Part shown: positions 10,409-22,033 of the stretch, one piece after another
Layout: each line of letters starts with the position of its first letter
How positions within the stretch are numbered: the first letter of the stretch is position 1
DNA from: an uncultured Gammaproteobacteria bacterium
GTDB lineage: Bacteria; Patescibacteriota; Microgenomatia; UBA8517
DNA length: 57,847 bases
Reading direction: 5' to 3'
Assembly: GCA_964587425.1 (NCBI GenBank)
Contig: CAZPLB010000005.1
Span: forward strand, 1 to 57,847
Position numbers and translations under genes: made by a program
The notes under the pieces: model-generated
Told to the model about the DNA's origin: nothing
Databases searched by the model: none
Seen by the model: the letters and a program-made list of their open reading frames with translations, nothing else

Positions 10409-10711
10409 TCAAATTTGTTTTTGTCTCCAGAACAAAACATCGTCTGTCAAGGCATTTACAAGTTCCACACGGTTCATTGGTCTAACGCCTGTCAGATGTT
10501 CTACCACACCATATATTCCCAACTGTATTCTTTCGCTTGTACTACCTTTTGCCCCACTGAAATAGTTTTGCAATGTTTGTTTCCCAATATTTAATTCGTT
10601 ACAAATATCTTCCGAACTCATGTGTTTCGCCAAAAGCTCAACAATCCTCGCTTGTTGAGGAGTAAAAGGATTTATAGGTGTCAGACAGAGTTCGTATCCA
10701 CGGTTTTCCAT
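10409..10711 (-). CDS. Stand-alone LuxR-like HTH protein
   Basis: FTPQQARIVELLAKHMSSEDICNELNIGKQTLQNY...NRVELV fits the LuxR C-terminal pattern with an insertion. Confidence 0.65.
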   Translation of the reverse strand: MENRGYELCLTPINPFTPQQARIVELLAKHMSSEDICNELNIGKQTLQNYFSGAKGSTSERIQLGIYGVVEHLTGVRPMNRVELVNALTDDVLFWRQKQI

Positions 10712-10754
10712 AAGGAACGCATTATAACAAGAACTATAGGTTAAATCAACGAAG

Positions 10755-12704
<1,950 letters not shown>

Positions 12705-12815
12705 CTATACTACTCTATATATTTTACCTTCTCAAGAGCTCAACATCAAGCTAAAAAGTGATTTAGCTCCACTGTCTACGTTGACTTTCTTTTGAAGTAA
12801 GTTTTAAAATAAACC

Positions 12816-12992
12816 ATGCCAAAATACAGTAAAAAAGCAGGAGAAAGTGTAGAAAAAGCGATGCATAAAATGAAAGCGGGTAAGCTAAAATCAGGCAAAT
12901 CTAACCAGACTGTAAAATCAAGAAAACAAGCAATAGCAATAGGGCTTTCAGAAGCAAGAAAAAAAGGAGTCAAAGTTCCTAATCCAAATTAA
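12816..12992 (+). CDS. Small basic protein, DUF6496-like
   Basis: Manual translation MPKYSKKAGESVEKAMHKMKAGKLKSGKSNQTVKSRKQAIAIGLSEARKKGVKVPNPN (58 aa, below the ORF-track cutoff). The KQAIAIGLSEAR motif was recognised. Confidence 0.8.
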   Translation: MPKYSKKAGESVEKAMHKMKAGKLKSGKSNQTVKSRKQAIAIGLSEARKKGVKVPNPN

Positions 12993-13584
12993 CCACAAAA
13001 TTAGTCAGTTGCAATTGTACATTTCCGTTCGCCTTCAGTGCTTTTAGTGTTTTTCCAGCTTCCTCTAAAAATTGACCAAGTTCTGGTTTTGTTAAAAATG
13101 ATTTGTGTCCAATTGTTATCAATCCTTCGATAAAAGTTATAGCTTCATCTCGTTTTGTAATTTTGGAGATTATCTTCATTCTCTCCCCTGCCTCCCCATC
13201 CATAAATTGTCTACACACCTCAACTATTTCATCTCTCAAAATAAAGCCCTCACTTTTGAGTTCTACAACTTCACACCTTGAAGCAATTGTTGGGAGAACT
13301 AAATCAATTGAAGAAGCCGTAAGAATGTATATCAAATTTTTCTGTGGTTCCTCCAGTGGCTTCAAAAATGCATTCTGGGCATCAATTGTAGCTTCATCAA
13401 TATTTTGAACAACTACTGCAGTCTTTTCAGATAGCTTTAATTTTGTAAACTTAGCCATCTCTCTAACGTCTGCAATTTTTGAAAGAGTAAAAGTAAGAGG
13501 TTTTGCATTCAAATCTTCAAGAATTTTTTGAACACCCATCTCTCTTTCCTTTTCTCCCTGAGAGACAATTAAATATGCGTGCAT
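12979..13584 (-). CDS. holB: Short DNA polymerase III delta-prime-like clamp-loader subunit
   Basis: MHAYLI, AQNAFLKPLEEP and LPTIASRC (SRC motif). Confidence 0.8.
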   Translation of the reverse strand: MHAYLIVSQGEKEREMGVQKILEDLNAKPLTFTLSKIADVREMAKFTKLKLSEKTAVVVQNIDEATIDAQNAFLKPLEEPQKNLIYILTASSIDLVLPTIASRCEVVELKSEGFILRDEIVEVCRQFMDGEAGERMKIISKITKRDEAITFIEGLITIGHKSFLTKPELGQFLEEAGKTLKALKANGNVQLQLTNFVVNLD

Positions 13585-13658
13585 AGTTTGTCATTTTAAC
13601 ATTCAAGCAACAAAAGCAACTAGTGCAAATTATGGAGTTTATACTATACTGAAAGTAT

Positions 13659-15386
13659 ATGGCTGCCCCAGCTACTGCACCTACTATTCCAGGAGACTCA
13701 AGTTTGGTTGACATTCTAGTATCGCAAAACGCCATAAAGCCAGAAGTGGCCCAAGACGTCAAAAATCAGGAAATCCAATCAGGCAAATCTCAGGAAGCCA
13801 TAATCAAGGAACAGAAACTCGTCTCAGACGAGGCACTCACAAAAGCTCGGGCTGTCTTTTACAATGTTCCATATATTGATATAACAACAGCAAGTGTTGA
13901 CCCTCAAGCAACAGCCAGTCTAAGCCAGGAAGTTGCAGAAAGGTTTGGCGTTTTTCCAGTAAGTATTGACCCAATAAAAAAAGAACTAACTCTTGTAATG
14001 AAGGACCCCTTGGACCTCCAGACTATTGAATTTGTGGAACAAAAAACAAATCTACGCGTAAAGCCGGCTACAAGTGAAGATTTCAAAATAGATGAGGCTA
14101 TTCAGACAAGATTTACTGGTTCTCTTTCTGAGGAAGTAACAGAGGCCTTAAAAGAAGTTGCCCCCAAAGGTGGAGTAAAAACATTAGATGCAACCTCCCA
14201 AACTGGCCTAATTAGGCAGGAGAGAATAAGTGAAGTTGTAACACACATTCTAGATTTTGCAGTGAGGTCAAGAGCATCAGACATCCATATAGAGCCACAA
14301 GAAAAAACAATGAGAGTAAGGTACAGGGTGGACGGAATTTTACAGGAAAAACTAACAATTCCCAAAGAACTCCAAGATTCTGTCATCTCTAGGATAAAAA
14401 TTCTTTCGAATATGAAAATAGACGAAAAAAGAATTCCTCAAGACGGAAGATTTAACTTTAAAAACCAGGATGAGGAAGTTGATCTTCGTGTCTCCTCTCT
14501 TCCAACTGCCTGGGGAGAAAAGATCGTCATGCGACTTCTGCCAAAAGGTAAAGGAGTACCGGAATTATCTGAACTTGGACTTCGCGGCCAAGCATTAAAA
14601 GTTCTTCAAGATTCCATCTTAAGACCTCATGGAATAATAACCATTTGCGGTCCAACTGGATCAGGTAAAACAACAACACTCTATTCAATTCTCCAAAAAT
14701 TAAATACGCCAAAAGTTAATATTGTTACTCTTGAGGATCCCATAGAGTATAAAATGGTGGGAATTAATCAGGTACAAGTCAACTTGGGTGTCGGCCTCAC
14801 TTTCGCCTCAGGTCTTCGTGCATTTTTGCGCCAAGACCCAAACATTATTCTGGTTGGAGAAATTAGAGACAGAGAAACTGCAGACCTTGCAATTCAGGCA
14901 TCTCTTACTGGACATTTGGTGTTTTCGACTCTTCATACCAATGATGCGGCAGGCGCCCTCCCCAGGCTACTTGATTTAGGGGCAGAGCCATTTCTTTTGA
15001 CTTCGTCAATGACGGCGATCGTTGCCCAAAGAGTTTTGAGAAAAATAGACCCAGACAACAAAGAAGAATACGTTCCGGATGCAAAAATAATTGAAGATAT
15101 AAAAACAACTCTTGGAAGCCTCATGCCAACTACCCCAATAAAACTGTATAGAGGAAAGCCAACAGCTGAAAATAATAACTCAGGATACTTGGGGAGAGTT
15201 GGAATTTATGAAGTCATGTCAGTAACACCAAGAATAGGAAAATTAATTCTAGAAAAAGCACCAGCCGAACACATTGATGAAGCAGCAAGACAGGAAGGCA
15301 TGATAACCTTAAAGCAGGATGGATTTTTGAAAGCTCTTGAAGGCCTAACGAGCATTGAGGAAGTGTTGAGAGTCGCTGAGGAATAA
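13659..15386 (+). CDS. pilB: Type IV pilus assembly ATPase PilB/GspE
   Basis: ASDIHIEP, Walker A GPTGSGKTT, LRQDPNIILVGEIRD and TGHLVFSTLHTN. Confidence 0.95.
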   Translation: MAAPATAPTIPGDSSLVDILVSQNAIKPEVAQDVKNQEIQSGKSQEAIIKEQKLVSDEALTKARAVFYNVPYIDITTASVDPQATASLSQEVAERFGVFPVSIDPIKKELTLVMKDPLDLQTIEFVEQKTNLRVKPATSEDFKIDEAIQTRFTGSLSEEVTEALKEVAPKGGVKTLDATSQTGLIRQERISEVVTHILDFAVRSRASDIHIEPQEKTMRVRYRVDGILQEKLTIPKELQDSVISRIKILSNMKIDEKRIPQDGRFNFKNQDEEVDLRVSSLPTAWGEKIVMRLLPKGKGVPELSELGLRGQALKVLQDSILRPHGIITICGPTGSGKTTTLYSILQKLNTPKVNIVTLEDPIEYKMVGINQVQVNLGVGLTFASGLRAFLRQDPNIILVGEIRDRETADLAIQASLTGHLVFSTLHTNDAAGALPRLLDLGAEPFLLTSSMTAIVAQRVLRKIDPDNKEEYVPDAKIIEDIKTTLGSLMPTTPIKLYRGKPTAENNNSGYLGRVGIYEVMSVTPRIGKLILEKAPAEHIDEAARQEGMITLKQDGFLKALEGLTSIEEVLRVAEE

Positions 15387-15392
15387 AAAAAT

Positions 15393-16448
15393 ATGACAAT
15401 CAAAGATTTATTGCAGTTAACAATTGATAGAAAGGCTTCAGACTTGCATATTGTCGCAGGTGTTCCACCAACTCTAAGAATTGAAGGTGAACTCTCCCCC
15501 ATTCCCAACGAACCGGTTTCAACTCCTGAAGAAATCGCAGGCTTCCTCAAAGAAATTGTATCTGCAGAAGAACTTGAAAGACTCACAGTAAATAAAGAAA
15601 TTGATTTTTCCCTGGCATTCTCTCAAAACTCAAGATTTAGAGTTAATGCCTACACTCAGAAAAATTCATTTGCAATTGCATTTCGTAGGATCCCCCTTGA
15701 AATTCCAGGACTGGATTCTCTAGGTCTTCCCCCAGTAGTTCACACTTTTGCAACCCTGAAGCAAGGTTTTATTTTAGTAACTGGTCCAACAGGGCACGGA
15801 AAATCAACAACTCTGGCAGCCCTCCTTGAAGAGATAAATGTTACACGCGGAGCACACATTGTAACAATAGAAGATCCAATTGAATTTATCTTCCACCCCA
15901 AAAAATCAATTATCTCCCAGCGTGAAATGCACCAGGATACCCATTCATATTCAGTTGCCCTAAGATCAGTTCTTCGAGAAGACCCAGACATAGTCCTGGT
16001 TGGTGAAATGCGCGATTTTGAAACAATTGCAGCAGCCCTGACTGTAGCTGAAACTGGACACTTAGTTTTTGCAACCCTCCACACAAATTCAGCAAGCCAA
16101 ACTATAGATAGAATTGTTGATGTTTTCCCAGAAGAACAGCAGGGACAAGTAAGGCTCCAGCTTTCAAATGTCATTGAGGGAGTATTCTCCCAGAGACTAA
16201 TTCCCTCAATTGCCGGAGGACGCGTTGTTGCAAGCGAAGTAATGCTCGCCAGTAACGCGGTTAAGACCTCCATCCGTGAGGGAAAGACCTACCAAATAGA
16301 CTCCATCATTCAGACTTCCGCTGAGGCTGGAATGTCTAGTATTGAAAATTCACTCGTCAAGCTTGTCAAAACAGGAAGAATTACAGTTGATACTGCAACT
16401 AGCTATTCTCTGCGCCCAGATGAACTAACGAGGCTTCTAAAGTCATGA
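15393..16448 (+). CDS. pilT: Type IV pilus retraction ATPase
   Basis: ASDLHI, GPTGHGKSTT, LREDPDIVLVGEMRD and ETGHLVFATLHTNS. Confidence 0.96.
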   Translation: MTIKDLLQLTIDRKASDLHIVAGVPPTLRIEGELSPIPNEPVSTPEEIAGFLKEIVSAEELERLTVNKEIDFSLAFSQNSRFRVNAYTQKNSFAIAFRRIPLEIPGLDSLGLPPVVHTFATLKQGFILVTGPTGHGKSTTLAALLEEINVTRGAHIVTIEDPIEFIFHPKKSIISQREMHQDTHSYSVALRSVLREDPDIVLVGEMRDFETIAAALTVAETGHLVFATLHTNSASQTIDRIVDVFPEEQQGQVRLQLSNVIEGVFSQRLIPSIAGGRVVASEVMLASNAVKTSIREGKTYQIDSIIQTSAEAGMSSIENSLVKLVKTGRITVDTATSYSLRPDELTRLLKS

Positions 16449-17650
16449 AGAAATTTATATATAGAGCTATAACCAAGGACGGAAAAAGTATAACTGGCGA
16501 AGTTGAAGGGTTAGACAAGGGACAAGCTGCTAAACTACTTCGTGGCAAGGGTCTAATTGTAGTAAGTATTAAGCCAAAGTCAGGAGGTCCATTTGGCTTC
16601 ATCGCAAGCTTCAGAAATAGAATAAAGTCCTCAGAAATTTCAAACTTCACGCGTCAATTTTCAACGATGATAAATGCAGGTCTCCCGGTCACTGAATCTC
16701 TTTCCATTTTAAGGCTCCAAAGTTCAAAAAGCCTGCAGCCAATAGTTGCCCAAATTCTGGCGGATGTTGAAGATGGGTCATCGCTTTCAACAAGTATGTC
16801 CCGCTTCCCAAGTGTTTTTGGCAGTACCTACATTGCCTTAATTAAGGCAGGAGAAGCAGGGGGAGTATTAGATAAAGTCCTCCTTCGTCTTGCAGATAAC
16901 CTGGAGAAAGACGAAGAATTTAGAGGCAAAGTAAGAGGAGCATTAATTTACCCGGCAATTATAGTAGGAGGCCTTGTGGTTGTGAGCTTTATTATGATGA
17001 TCTTCGTCATCCCCCGCCTAACTTCCCTTTACACAGAATTTAATGCCGACCTTCCCCTTCCAACAAAAATATTGATTGGAATATCAGGTCTTGCCACCCG
17101 CTTCTGGCCGCTAACTTTAGGTGGAGTTGCAGGCGGTGCATGGTTTTTTCAAAGATATAAAAATACAAAGGCAGGAAAAAAACAGTTAGATATTCTCTAC
17201 TTCAAAATCCCAATTATTGGAGAACTTCAGCGTCAAATTGTTTTAACTGAGCTAACACGTACCCTCTCTCTTATGGTTGGAGCTGGTGTTCCAATACTAG
17301 AAGGTCTTTCAGTCACCGCAGGAGTAGTAAGTAACTCAGTTATTAGCGATGCCCTGAAGGATGCCATTGCTCAAATAGAAAAAGGATTTCCAATTGCCTA
17401 TTCTTTTGCCAAACACCCAGAGGCTTTTCCCTTTATTCTCTCCCAAATGATAGCAATAGGAGAAGAAACCGGCAAAATGGAAGACGTTCTAAATAAAATC
17501 TCCCACATTTTTGAAGTAAATAGTGAACAGCAAGTCAAAGCCCTAACTGCAGCAATAGAGCCGGCTGTCATGATAGTTTTGGGTCTTGGAGTAGCTTTCC
17601 TTGTAATTGCAGTCATACTTCCAATCTACAACTTGACTAGCAGCTTTTAA
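16445..17650 (+). CDS. pilC: Type IV pilus platform protein PilC/GspF
   Basis: Two GspF domains (GEAGGVL, ALIYP, GEETGKM, IEP). Confidence 0.95.
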   Translation: MKKFIYRAITKDGKSITGEVEGLDKGQAAKLLRGKGLIVVSIKPKSGGPFGFIASFRNRIKSSEISNFTRQFSTMINAGLPVTESLSILRLQSSKSLQPIVAQILADVEDGSSLSTSMSRFPSVFGSTYIALIKAGEAGGVLDKVLLRLADNLEKDEEFRGKVRGALIYPAIIVGGLVVVSFIMMIFVIPRLTSLYTEFNADLPLPTKILIGISGLATRFWPLTLGGVAGGAWFFQRYKNTKAGKKQLDILYFKIPIIGELQRQIVLTELTRTLSLMVGAGVPILEGLSVTAGVVSNSVISDALKDAIAQIEKGFPIAYSFAKHPEAFPFILSQMIAIGEETGKMEDVLNKISHIFEVNSEQQVKALTAAIEPAVMIVLGLGVAFLVIAVILPIYNLTSSF

Positions 17651-17679
17651 ATGATTGATACTGAATATGACGATAGGGG

Positions 17680-18243
17680 GTGAGAAAATTGATTAGATTA
17701 AAAAAAGGTTTTACATTAATTGAACTTTTAATTGTTATAGCAATTTTAGGAACTTTAGCTGTAGTCATCATCGTTGCCCTCAATCCTCTTGAACAGCTCA
17801 GAAAAACTAGAGATGCAGGAAGAATTAGTGCCGTTGGACAAATTGGACGTGCTCAAGAGGCGTACGCAACAAGTAATGGAGGTGTTTACATTTCCACAAC
17901 AGCGACAGGAGTAAACAACTGGATGGGACCATCAACAACTGTAGGCTCTCTTGCAGCCTCAGGTGAGATCTCTGTTGTTCCATCATTAATTGCTTACGCC
18001 GGAACAGTCTCAGCTTGTACTACAAACGTACAAAACGGACTCTGCTACGTTCCAACTGCGGCAGCAGGTACTGGGCCAATCGTGGTTTACGCCAGACTTG
18101 AAGCACTTGCCAATTACAGCAGGTGTGCAGCAGCTACGCCAAACGCATACGTCGTCTACTCATCGGCTGATGGTCGAGGTGGAACAGTATGTCGTGCAGC
18201 AGGAGCAGAACCAGTTCCAGGAAATCAGACATTCTTACCATAA
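17680..18243 (+). CDS. Type IV pilin (probable major pilin)
   Basis: KKG|FTLIELLIVIAI class III signal. The true start may be TTG at 17689, after a GGGGGTGA Shine-Dalgarno. Confidence 0.9.
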   Translation: MRKLIRLKKGFTLIELLIVIAILGTLAVVIIVALNPLEQLRKTRDAGRISAVGQIGRAQEAYATSNGGVYISTTATGVNNWMGPSTTVGSLAASGEISVVPSLIAYAGTVSACTTNVQNGLCYVPTAAAGTGPIVVYARLEALANYSRCAAATPNAYVVYSSADGRGGTVCRAAGAEPVPGNQTFLP

Positions 18244-18244
18244 G

Positions 18245-18976
18245 ATGTTGATTTTAATGGTGCTTGGTTTAATTGTAGGTTCATTTTTGGGGGTACTAAC
18301 TTGGAGAATTCCAAGGAAACTTGACTTCGTTAAAGGAAGATCAAAGTGCCCCCACTGCAATTCTATTATCGAAGCTAGGGATAATATCCCGCTCATTTCT
18401 TTCATCTTCCTCAAAGGCAGATGTAGAAATTGTAAAAAGAAAATTTCTATTCGTGAGCCCCTCATTGAACTTTGTACTGCTTTTCTTTTTGTACTCACCC
18501 CCGTTTTACCCCTTCCTTTCCCCGTTGTCATTTCATTAATAATAGTTTCAATTTTAATAGTAATTTTTGTAATAGATTTAGAACACAAACTGATATATGA
18601 CGAATTTGTATATGTGGGACTTGGAATTGTTCTAATGTTTCTACTCCTGACAAATTCACCAGATTTATACATACACTTGTTAGTCGGCTTCGCTGGAAGT
18701 TTGTTCTTACTGGCTATAGCACTAGTAACCTATGGAAAAGGAATGGGACTAGGAGATGTTAAATTGGCAATATTTTTAGGTGTAATGTTTTCTCCAAAGG
18801 AAGGTTTGTTTTGGCTTCTCCTTAGTTTCTTGACAGGTGCAGCTGTGGGAGTAATACTGATAATATCAAAAAGGGCCAAACTTAAGTCCGAAGTTCCATT
18901 TGGTCCATTTTTGATTATAGGTTTCGTATTAGCGCTTTTGATGGTAAATACGGATATATTTTTAAAATTCTTTTAA
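18245..18976 (+). CDS. pilD: Prepilin peptidase
   Basis: GSFL, RSKCPHC, DNIPLISF..LKGRCRNC, IDLEH, GMGLGDVKL and PFGPFL. Start moved to ATG 18245. Confidence 0.95.
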   Translation: MLILMVLGLIVGSFLGVLTWRIPRKLDFVKGRSKCPHCNSIIEARDNIPLISFIFLKGRCRNCKKKISIREPLIELCTAFLFVLTPVLPLPFPVVISLIIVSILIVIFVIDLEHKLIYDEFVYVGLGIVLMFLLLTNSPDLYIHLLVGFAGSLFLLAIALVTYGKGMGLGDVKLAIFLGVMFSPKEGLFWLLLSFLTGAAVGVILIISKRAKLKSEVPFGPFLIIGFVLALLMVNTDIFLKFF

Positions 18977-19426
18977 ATGCAAATTTTTTCTGAAACCGAA
19001 AAGAAAATAGTATTGGGAATACTCGTGGTTGTTGCTATTTTCTCCGTATTTAATTTTAGTATCGCTCTAAGGCGTGGCAGGGACAATGAGAGACAAAATG
19101 ATTTGGGTGATATTGCAAAAGCCCTAGATGTATACAAAAGTAAAAATAGTGCCTACCCCTCCTCCCTCTCTGAACTCACATTAGCGCCCAAAGACCCTGG
19201 TACAGGGAATGGCTATTCATATCTATATATCTCAAACGGCAAGCACTACCAAATCTTTGCAAGTCTGGAAGGTGGGACAGACGAAGATCAATATAATCCA
19301 ATTGTGGTAGCCAGGAACTTAAAGTGTGGAGACAAAATCTGTAATTTTGGAAGAGCATCAGGAAATACGCCACTTGATATAACTATCGAAGAGTACGAAA
19401 ATAAATTAAAGGAAAATGCCAAATAA
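18977..19426 (+). CDS. GspG-like pilin-domain protein without a canonical class III cleavage site
   Basis: TM helix, RD.ERQNDL..I..AL..Y, YP..L..L and PKDP motifs, but no G|F.L.E. Confidence 0.7.
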   Translation: MQIFSETEKKIVLGILVVVAIFSVFNFSIALRRGRDNERQNDLGDIAKALDVYKSKNSAYPSSLSELTLAPKDPGTGNGYSYLYISNGKHYQIFASLEGGTDEDQYNPIVVARNLKCGDKICNFGRASGNTPLDITIEEYENKLKENAK

Positions 19427-19910
19427 TACTGTGAAGAAAATCAAAGGATTTACTTTAATTGAAATTTTAATTGTAATTTCAATTATGGCAGTCCTCGCGA
19501 CAGTCTTCATAAATGTTTCTACAATAAATACAAAGAAGGCCAGAGATGCTCAAAGAAAGGCAGAATTAAAGCAATATCAAAATGCACTCGAACTTTACGC
19601 CAATAAAAATAATGGTTTTTACCCATCCAGGATTACAGGAACAGGTACCCAAGCTTCTTCAACACTTTGTTCCGATCTTGCACTAACAGCGTGCGCACAG
19701 GATCCGAGCTACCCAAAAGATAATACATTCAATTATCTCTATCAATCAGATGGTACAGGAACTGGTACCGCAGTTGGAACAAAATATGTTCTCTGGGACA
19801 AACTGGAAGCAATATCCCCTACTACTTATTGGGTTTATTGCTCAAATGGAAAATCGGGGCAGATAACAGTAGGGATTCCTCCTGTAACTGGAATATGTCC
19901 ATTGCCATAA
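19416..19910 (+). CDS. Type IV pilin (GspG-like)
   Basis: KG|FTLIEILIVI and ARDAQRKAEL. Confidence 0.9.
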   Translation: MPNNTVKKIKGFTLIEILIVISIMAVLATVFINVSTINTKKARDAQRKAELKQYQNALELYANKNNGFYPSRITGTGTQASSTLCSDLALTACAQDPSYPKDNTFNYLYQSDGTGTGTAVGTKYVLWDKLEAISPTTYWVYCSNGKSGQITVGIPPVTGICPLP

Positions 19911-19924
19911 TTAAATTACAAAAG

Positions 19925-20368
19925 ATGATAAACTCAAAAAAAGGTTTTACACTAATCGAACTTCTAATAACAATTGCAATAATTGGAATTTTAATGGGCA
20001 TCTCAATTTTTGGACTTCAAGGTGCTCGTGAGGGTGGACGTGACTCCAAACGAAAAGCAGACCTTGAGTTAATTAGGTCTGGTATTGAAACATATAGAGC
20101 TGACTGCAATGCATACCCGGCAGCTTTAACATTTGGGTCTCCATTAGTTGGGAATCCAACTCTTGGAACCTCATGCCTTGCCGCAAACATATATATATCA
20201 ACTGTTCCCCAAGACCCAGTGCCGGCGTCTAGGAGTTATCGTTATGCAATTTCTGGGGCTACCTACGAAATTTGTGCAAGTCTTGAAACAGGAACTGGAT
20301 CTGTGACATGCGGAGGGTCATCAGTGTGCGGTACTGCAACCTGCAATTACAAAGTTGTTAACCCCTAA
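19925..20368 (+). CDS. Type IV pilin (GspG-like)
   Basis: MINSKKG|FTLIELLITI and GRDSKRKADL. Start moved to ATG 19925. Confidence 0.9.
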   Translation: MINSKKGFTLIELLITIAIIGILMGISIFGLQGAREGGRDSKRKADLELIRSGIETYRADCNAYPAALTFGSPLVGNPTLGTSCLAANIYISTVPQDPVPASRSYRYAISGATYEICASLETGTGSVTCGGSSVCGTATCNYKVVNP

Positions 20369-21051
20369 TGAAATTACATAAAAGTGGTTTTACCCTGATT
20401 GAGTTATTAATAGTAGTTGTAATCATGAGTCTTCTCTTTTCAGTTGGTTATGTAAACTTCAGAAATTTCCAACAAAGGCAAGGTGTTCAGTCTGTTGTGA
20501 GAAGTATTAAAAGTGATTTGACCTTAACTCGGGAAAATGCTGCCTCTGGAATAAAGCCCGCTGGGTGTGTGACACTAAATGGCTATCAATTCACTGTTGT
20601 AACTAGTACTCAATACACAATTTCAGCAAGCTGCACATCAGGAGACATCCAAACCAAAGTCATAGATTTGACAGGTGGAATAACAATAAATATTCCATCC
20701 CCCAACCCACTTCTTTTCAAAGTTCTCGCGGTTGGTACAAATATCCCCACAGGTGGCACTTACTCCATTACAGTCTTCCAAGACAACCTTAGTTTAAGCC
20801 AAACAATCTATGTCCAGGCAACGGGTGAAATTGATATTGCCCCAGCTGGAACAACACCTGCACCAACACCTGGACCAACTAATACACCAACCTCAACACC
20901 AACGTCCAAACCAACACCTACTCCAACTCCTGTACCAAATTGCAATACCAGTTGCGATCTTACGAAAGGTTGCCCACCCACCCTTTCTTGTGTGAGTGGA
21001 TTCTGTCGAAATGCATCTTGCTCTGGTTCGATTACATGCATATGTCCATAA
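20368..21051 (+). CDS. Minor pilin with Pro/Thr linker and Cys-rich C-terminal domain
   Basis: SG|FTLIELL signal, PT-rich tract and an 8-Cys tail. Confidence 0.88.
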   Translation: MKLHKSGFTLIELLIVVVIMSLLFSVGYVNFRNFQQRQGVQSVVRSIKSDLTLTRENAASGIKPAGCVTLNGYQFTVVTSTQYTISASCTSGDIQTKVIDLTGGITINIPSPNPLLFKVLAVGTNIPTGGTYSITVFQDNLSLSQTIYVQATGEIDIAPAGTTPAPTPGPTNTPTSTPTSKPTPTPTPVPNCNTSCDLTKGCPPTLSCVSGFCRNASCSGSITCICP

Positions 21052-21482
21052 TTCCCAAAACCAACAAAAGAGGCCAGTCGTTATTTGAAGTGGTTTTTGC
21101 AGTTGGAATGGTCTCCCTAGTCTTAATTACAATTGTATCCCTGGCGACCATCTCAATCAGGAATTCAACCAATTCAAGAATTTCAAATCAGGCAGCAAGG
21201 TCAATTGAAGACGCAACTGAATGGATAAGGGGTGAAAGAGATACAGATTGGGCAACCTTTTCTGCGAAAGCACCAGGTACTTATTGTCTTTCAAACCTTG
21301 ACTGGACCAAGCCCCAGGCATGTGTAAATACTGATTTTGTAACAGGAACAACAGTATTAAGATCAGCCGTTTTGACAGTAATAGATACGGTAACTATTCA
21401 AGCAGATGTAAAAGCAGATTGGACAGATAGTAGTGGCGGACACCAAATTGTTTCATCTACATACTTTACAAAATGGAGATAA
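21042..21482 (+). CDS. Minor pilin (PilV-like)
   Basis: KRG|QSLFEVV signal. Start at ATG 21042. Confidence 0.82.
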   Translation: MSIIPKTNKRGQSLFEVVFAVGMVSLVLITIVSLATISIRNSTNSRISNQAARSIEDATEWIRGERDTDWATFSAKAPGTYCLSNLDWTKPQACVNTDFVTGTTVLRSAVLTVIDTVTIQADVKADWTDSSGGHQIVSSTYFTKWR

Positions 21483-21985
21483 AAAAAATTAGAAATATAA
21501 ATAAGAATGGTTTCTCATTAATTGAGATGTTGGTAGTTATGGCTGTCTTTGCAGTTCTCACTGTTGTCATGACACAAATTCTTTTTGTCACTATTCGTGG
21601 AGCTAAAAAATCAGACGCAATCGTCCGTGTCCGTCAAAACCTTGAGAGTGCAGTTGGTTCAATGGAGCGCCAACTCCATAATGCAGTAGATATTCCAGAG
21701 TGTCCAAACCCAGACCCGCTGACACTGACTCTTGAAGATATAAATGGTGCTGGAACAACATTTTCATGTATTAATATAGGCAGTTCTGGATACATTGCCA
21801 GTAACTCTGCAAGACTAACCGCTGCAACAGATATTGTAATAACTGCCTGTTCCTTTACTTGCACCGGCGGTGGAAGTACCCCAAAGTCAGTAATACTAAA
21901 TATTACAGCCGAGGATGCTGTTGGTACAGGAAGTGAAAAAGCTTCCATGTCTATTTCAGACAGGGTCTCTCTAAGGTCATATTGA
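21473..21985 (+). CDS. Minor pilin (PilW-like)
   Basis: NG|FSLIEMLVV signal. Confidence 0.88.
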   Translation: MEIKKIRNINKNGFSLIEMLVVMAVFAVLTVVMTQILFVTIRGAKKSDAIVRVRQNLESAVGSMERQLHNAVDIPECPNPDPLTLTLEDINGAGTTFSCINIGSSGYIASNSARLTAATDIVITACSFTCTGGGSTPKSVILNITAEDAVGTGSEKASMSISDRVSLRSY

Positions 21986-22033
21986 AAAAAGAATTGACGC
22001 CCAAGGGAAAGAAAGGTTAAACTGAAAATAGGT

